64,000 nt of DNA from Candidatus Saccharimonadota bacterium (GTDB taxonomy: Bacteria > Patescibacteriota > Saccharimonadia > Saccharimonadales > SLHW01). The notes beneath the pieces were generated by a model. That model searched no databases. It was not told the origin of the DNA and worked only from the letters and a program-made list of their open reading frames with translations. The stretch spans positions 10,659 to 74,658 of the forward strand of contig JBJHDA010000002.1 of NCBI GenBank assembly GCA_050486305.1. Reading direction: 5' to 3'. This document shows positions 62,469-64,000 of this stretch, piece by piece; position 1 is the stretch's first letter; every line of letters begins with the position of its first letter. The translations under genes and the position numbers were made by a program.

Positions 62469-64000
62469 ATGACAAATAGCATAAGCAAAAATAAAAAGAA
62501 AATTATGCAAGAACAAAAACAACAACTTGTGACCCGGCTAAAAGAGTCGACTAACGTGCTTATTACGGTAAGCAACAATCCTTCGGTTGATCAGCTGGCC
62601 GCTGCAATCGGCTTTACGTTGGCAGTTAATAAGCTGAACAAGCATGCCACCGCTGTTTTTAGTGGTGAAGTACCCTCGGCAATCGAATTTTTAGATCCGG
62701 AAAAAACCATTCGAAAGAATACGGATTCGTTACGTGACTTCATCATATCGCTTGACCGCGATAAGGCAGACAAGCTGCGCTATAAGGTTGAGGATAAGGT
62801 CGTTCGGATTTTCATTTCACCGTACAGAACAGCGATCAAGCAGGAAGATCTGCACTTTGACCAAGGGGATTTTAATGTTGATCTTGTTGTTGCACTCGGT
62901 GTCAAAGAACAAAAAGACCTCGACGAAGCAATCACTGCCCACGGGCGTATTCTGCATGATGCTACCGTAGCAACCGTTAATACTTCAGAAAACGGCACAG
63001 TCGGCACAATACATTGGCAAGATACAAACGCGAGCAGCCTCAGTGAGATGCTCAGTTCACTCACCGCTGACCTAAAAGAAGACCTGCTGGATAATCAAAT
63101 AGCAACGGCGCTGTTAACGGGCATCGTTGCAGAAACCGATAGGTTTAGTAACGACAAAACCAGGCCATCAACGATGGCTGTGAGCTCTAAGCTTATGGCC
63201 GCAGGAGCGAATCAGCAGCTTGTTTCTGCCAAGCTGAAAGAGGCAGAAGAAAAGCCGCCGGAGCCAGAAGCGCCGCCAGAGCCAGAAGAGGCAAACGAGC
63301 CAGAAAACCCGGAAAACAAAGACGAGAATGACGATGGCACACTTAAAATCGATCACGATGAGTTGGAAAATGCCGCTCAAGCTGAAAGCGGTGGGGCGGC
63401 GCCCGATGACGAAGATGATTCGGACGATCACCCGATTCATATAGACGATTCCGGAAAGCTGTATAACGGCGGTCCTCCGCCTGATGAGCTTAAAGATGCG
63501 TTGCGGCCGAGCAGTTCGGATAAAAAAACTGATTCACCGCCGCAAATTATCCGCAAACCGCAAAGTGCGATGTTAAATGATCCGCCGACGAACCAGGATG
63601 GCATGCTAACTCCTGGAGGTGGAGATAATGATGACGAAGGCGTTGTAGATCCGCTCGCCGATACGGCTCGCCGAAATGAGAGAATTTTAAGTCACGATGG
63701 CCCAGCAGACGATGAGCCGGAAGACGAACAAAAGCCCGACGGAGATAACTCGCCCGATTCAACTACAGCAAAGCCGCCGGAGCCAGAAGCGCCGGCACCT
63801 CCGACTGAGCCAAAAGCGGAGGAAGCGCCCAGCGAACCGACGGAACAGCCGTTAAAGGCTGAACCTGGTCCGCAAACGCTGACGGATATTGAAAAATCTG
63901 TCGGAGCACATCAGGATAAAGAAGAGGATAAGGCGCCACCACAGGCGGAAGCAGCCCCGCAAGCACCAACAGATGCGCCGACCGCTAGTGGCACGGAGTC
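62469..64000 (+). CDS. Partial (3' end beyond window): protein with N-terminal degenerate DHH/NrnA-like domain and long acidic Pro/Glu-rich disordered tail
   Basis: Not in track because it is open to the window end. ATG at 62469, with an alternative in-frame ATG at 62505 (MQEQKQQLVTRLKE). Where NrnA has ILIHHHVNPDGDALGS, this protein has NVLITVSNNPSVDQLAAAIG. The tail contains repeated KPPEPEAP motifs. Listed antisense ORFs at 62780-63969 are artefacts of this region. Confidence 0.45.
   Translation, partial: MTNSISKNKKKIMQEQKQQLVTRLKESTNVLITVSNNPSVDQLAAAIGFTLAVNKLNKHATAVFSGEVPSAIEFLDPEKTIRKNTDSLRDFIISLDRDKADKLRYKVEDKVVRIFISPYRTAIKQEDLHFDQGDFNVDLVVALGVKEQKDLDEAITAHGRILHDATVATVNTSENGTVGTIHWQDTNASSLSEMLSSLTADLKEDLLDNQIATALLTGIVAETDRFSNDKTRPSTMAVSSKLMAAGANQQLVSAKLKEAEEKPPEPEAPPEPEEANEPENPENKDENDDGTLKIDHDELENAAQAESGGAAPDDEDDSDDHPIHIDDSGKLYNGGPPPDELKDALRPSSSDKKTDSPPQIIRKPQSAMLNDPPTNQDGMLTPGGGDNDDEGVVDPLADTARRNERILSHDGPADDEPEDEQKPDGDNSPDSTTAKPPEPEAPAPPTEPKAEEAPSEPTEQPLKAEPGPQTLTDIEKSVGAHQDKEEDKAPPQAEAAPQAPTDAPTASGTE

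Noticed and set aside
1-64000. CRISPR arrays, rRNA genes, transposases or integrases
   Set aside because: No run of regularly spaced direct repeats, no rRNA-like sequence, and no transposase or integrase motif (DDE, tyrosine or serine recombinase signatures) was seen in any listed ORF.

Overview
This 64 kb window looks like a compact, gene-dense bacterial chromosome segment. Overlapping and coupled genes, leaderless-type promoters, many low-complexity protein tails and reduced metabolism point to an ultra-small episymbiont (Patescibacteria/Saccharibacteria-like); that assignment is inference only.

The first ~16 kb is an accessory-type region. One minus-strand operon encodes a Gram-positive-style type IV secretion (T4SS) core, in this order:
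- two unknown anchored proteins
- a VirB6/TrbL-like multi-pass channel
- a membrane protein
- a PrgI/VirB3-like protein
- VirB4 split into two translationally coupled cistrons
- an 800-aa membrane protein
- a secreted phage-tail-lysozyme-like cell-wall hydrolase, which runs off the window start.

Diverging from that operon is a tandem array of seven paralogous VirB2/TrbC-like pilin genes. They share a conserved C-terminal two-helix motif and have hypervariable N-terminal ectodomains. The last two share a 130-bp perfect repeat, which suggests gene conversion. No VirD4 coupling protein, relaxase, integrase or transposase is visible.

The rest of the window is mostly housekeeping:
- Hsp20 and ComFC.
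- A tRNA island (Ser-UGA, Ser-GCU, Arg, Ser-CGA) with duplicated terminator elements, a tRNA-Ser 3' fragment, and a tRNA-Arg 3'-end direct repeat flanking a 250-nt hairpin-rich segment.
- HIT, ValS, TsaD, a Mur-ligase (MurE-like) paralogue lacking the N-terminal domain, and two or three atypical kinase-like proteins.
- groES-groEL behind two tandem CIRCE operators.
- PGI/PMI.
- A coupled lipid head-group module: CDP-alcohol phosphatidyltransferase, a PHP phosphatase and a CDP-archaeol-synthase-like cytidylyltransferase.
- ArgS, GDH, MsrB, MscL, CapA, Orn, a VanY-like peptidase, DnaG with a cysteine-less zinc-ribbon, RpoD, a T4-like dNMP kinase, a polyprenyl synthase, PolA, DciA-like, MutM, HolA, and S20 with a histone-H1-like tail.
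- A partial degenerate DHH-like protein with a long acidic/proline tail at the window end.

No CRISPR array, rRNA or obvious mobile-element genes are present. All coordinates derive from the supplied ORF track or from reading the sequence by eye. All functional calls are motif-level inferences without database searches.
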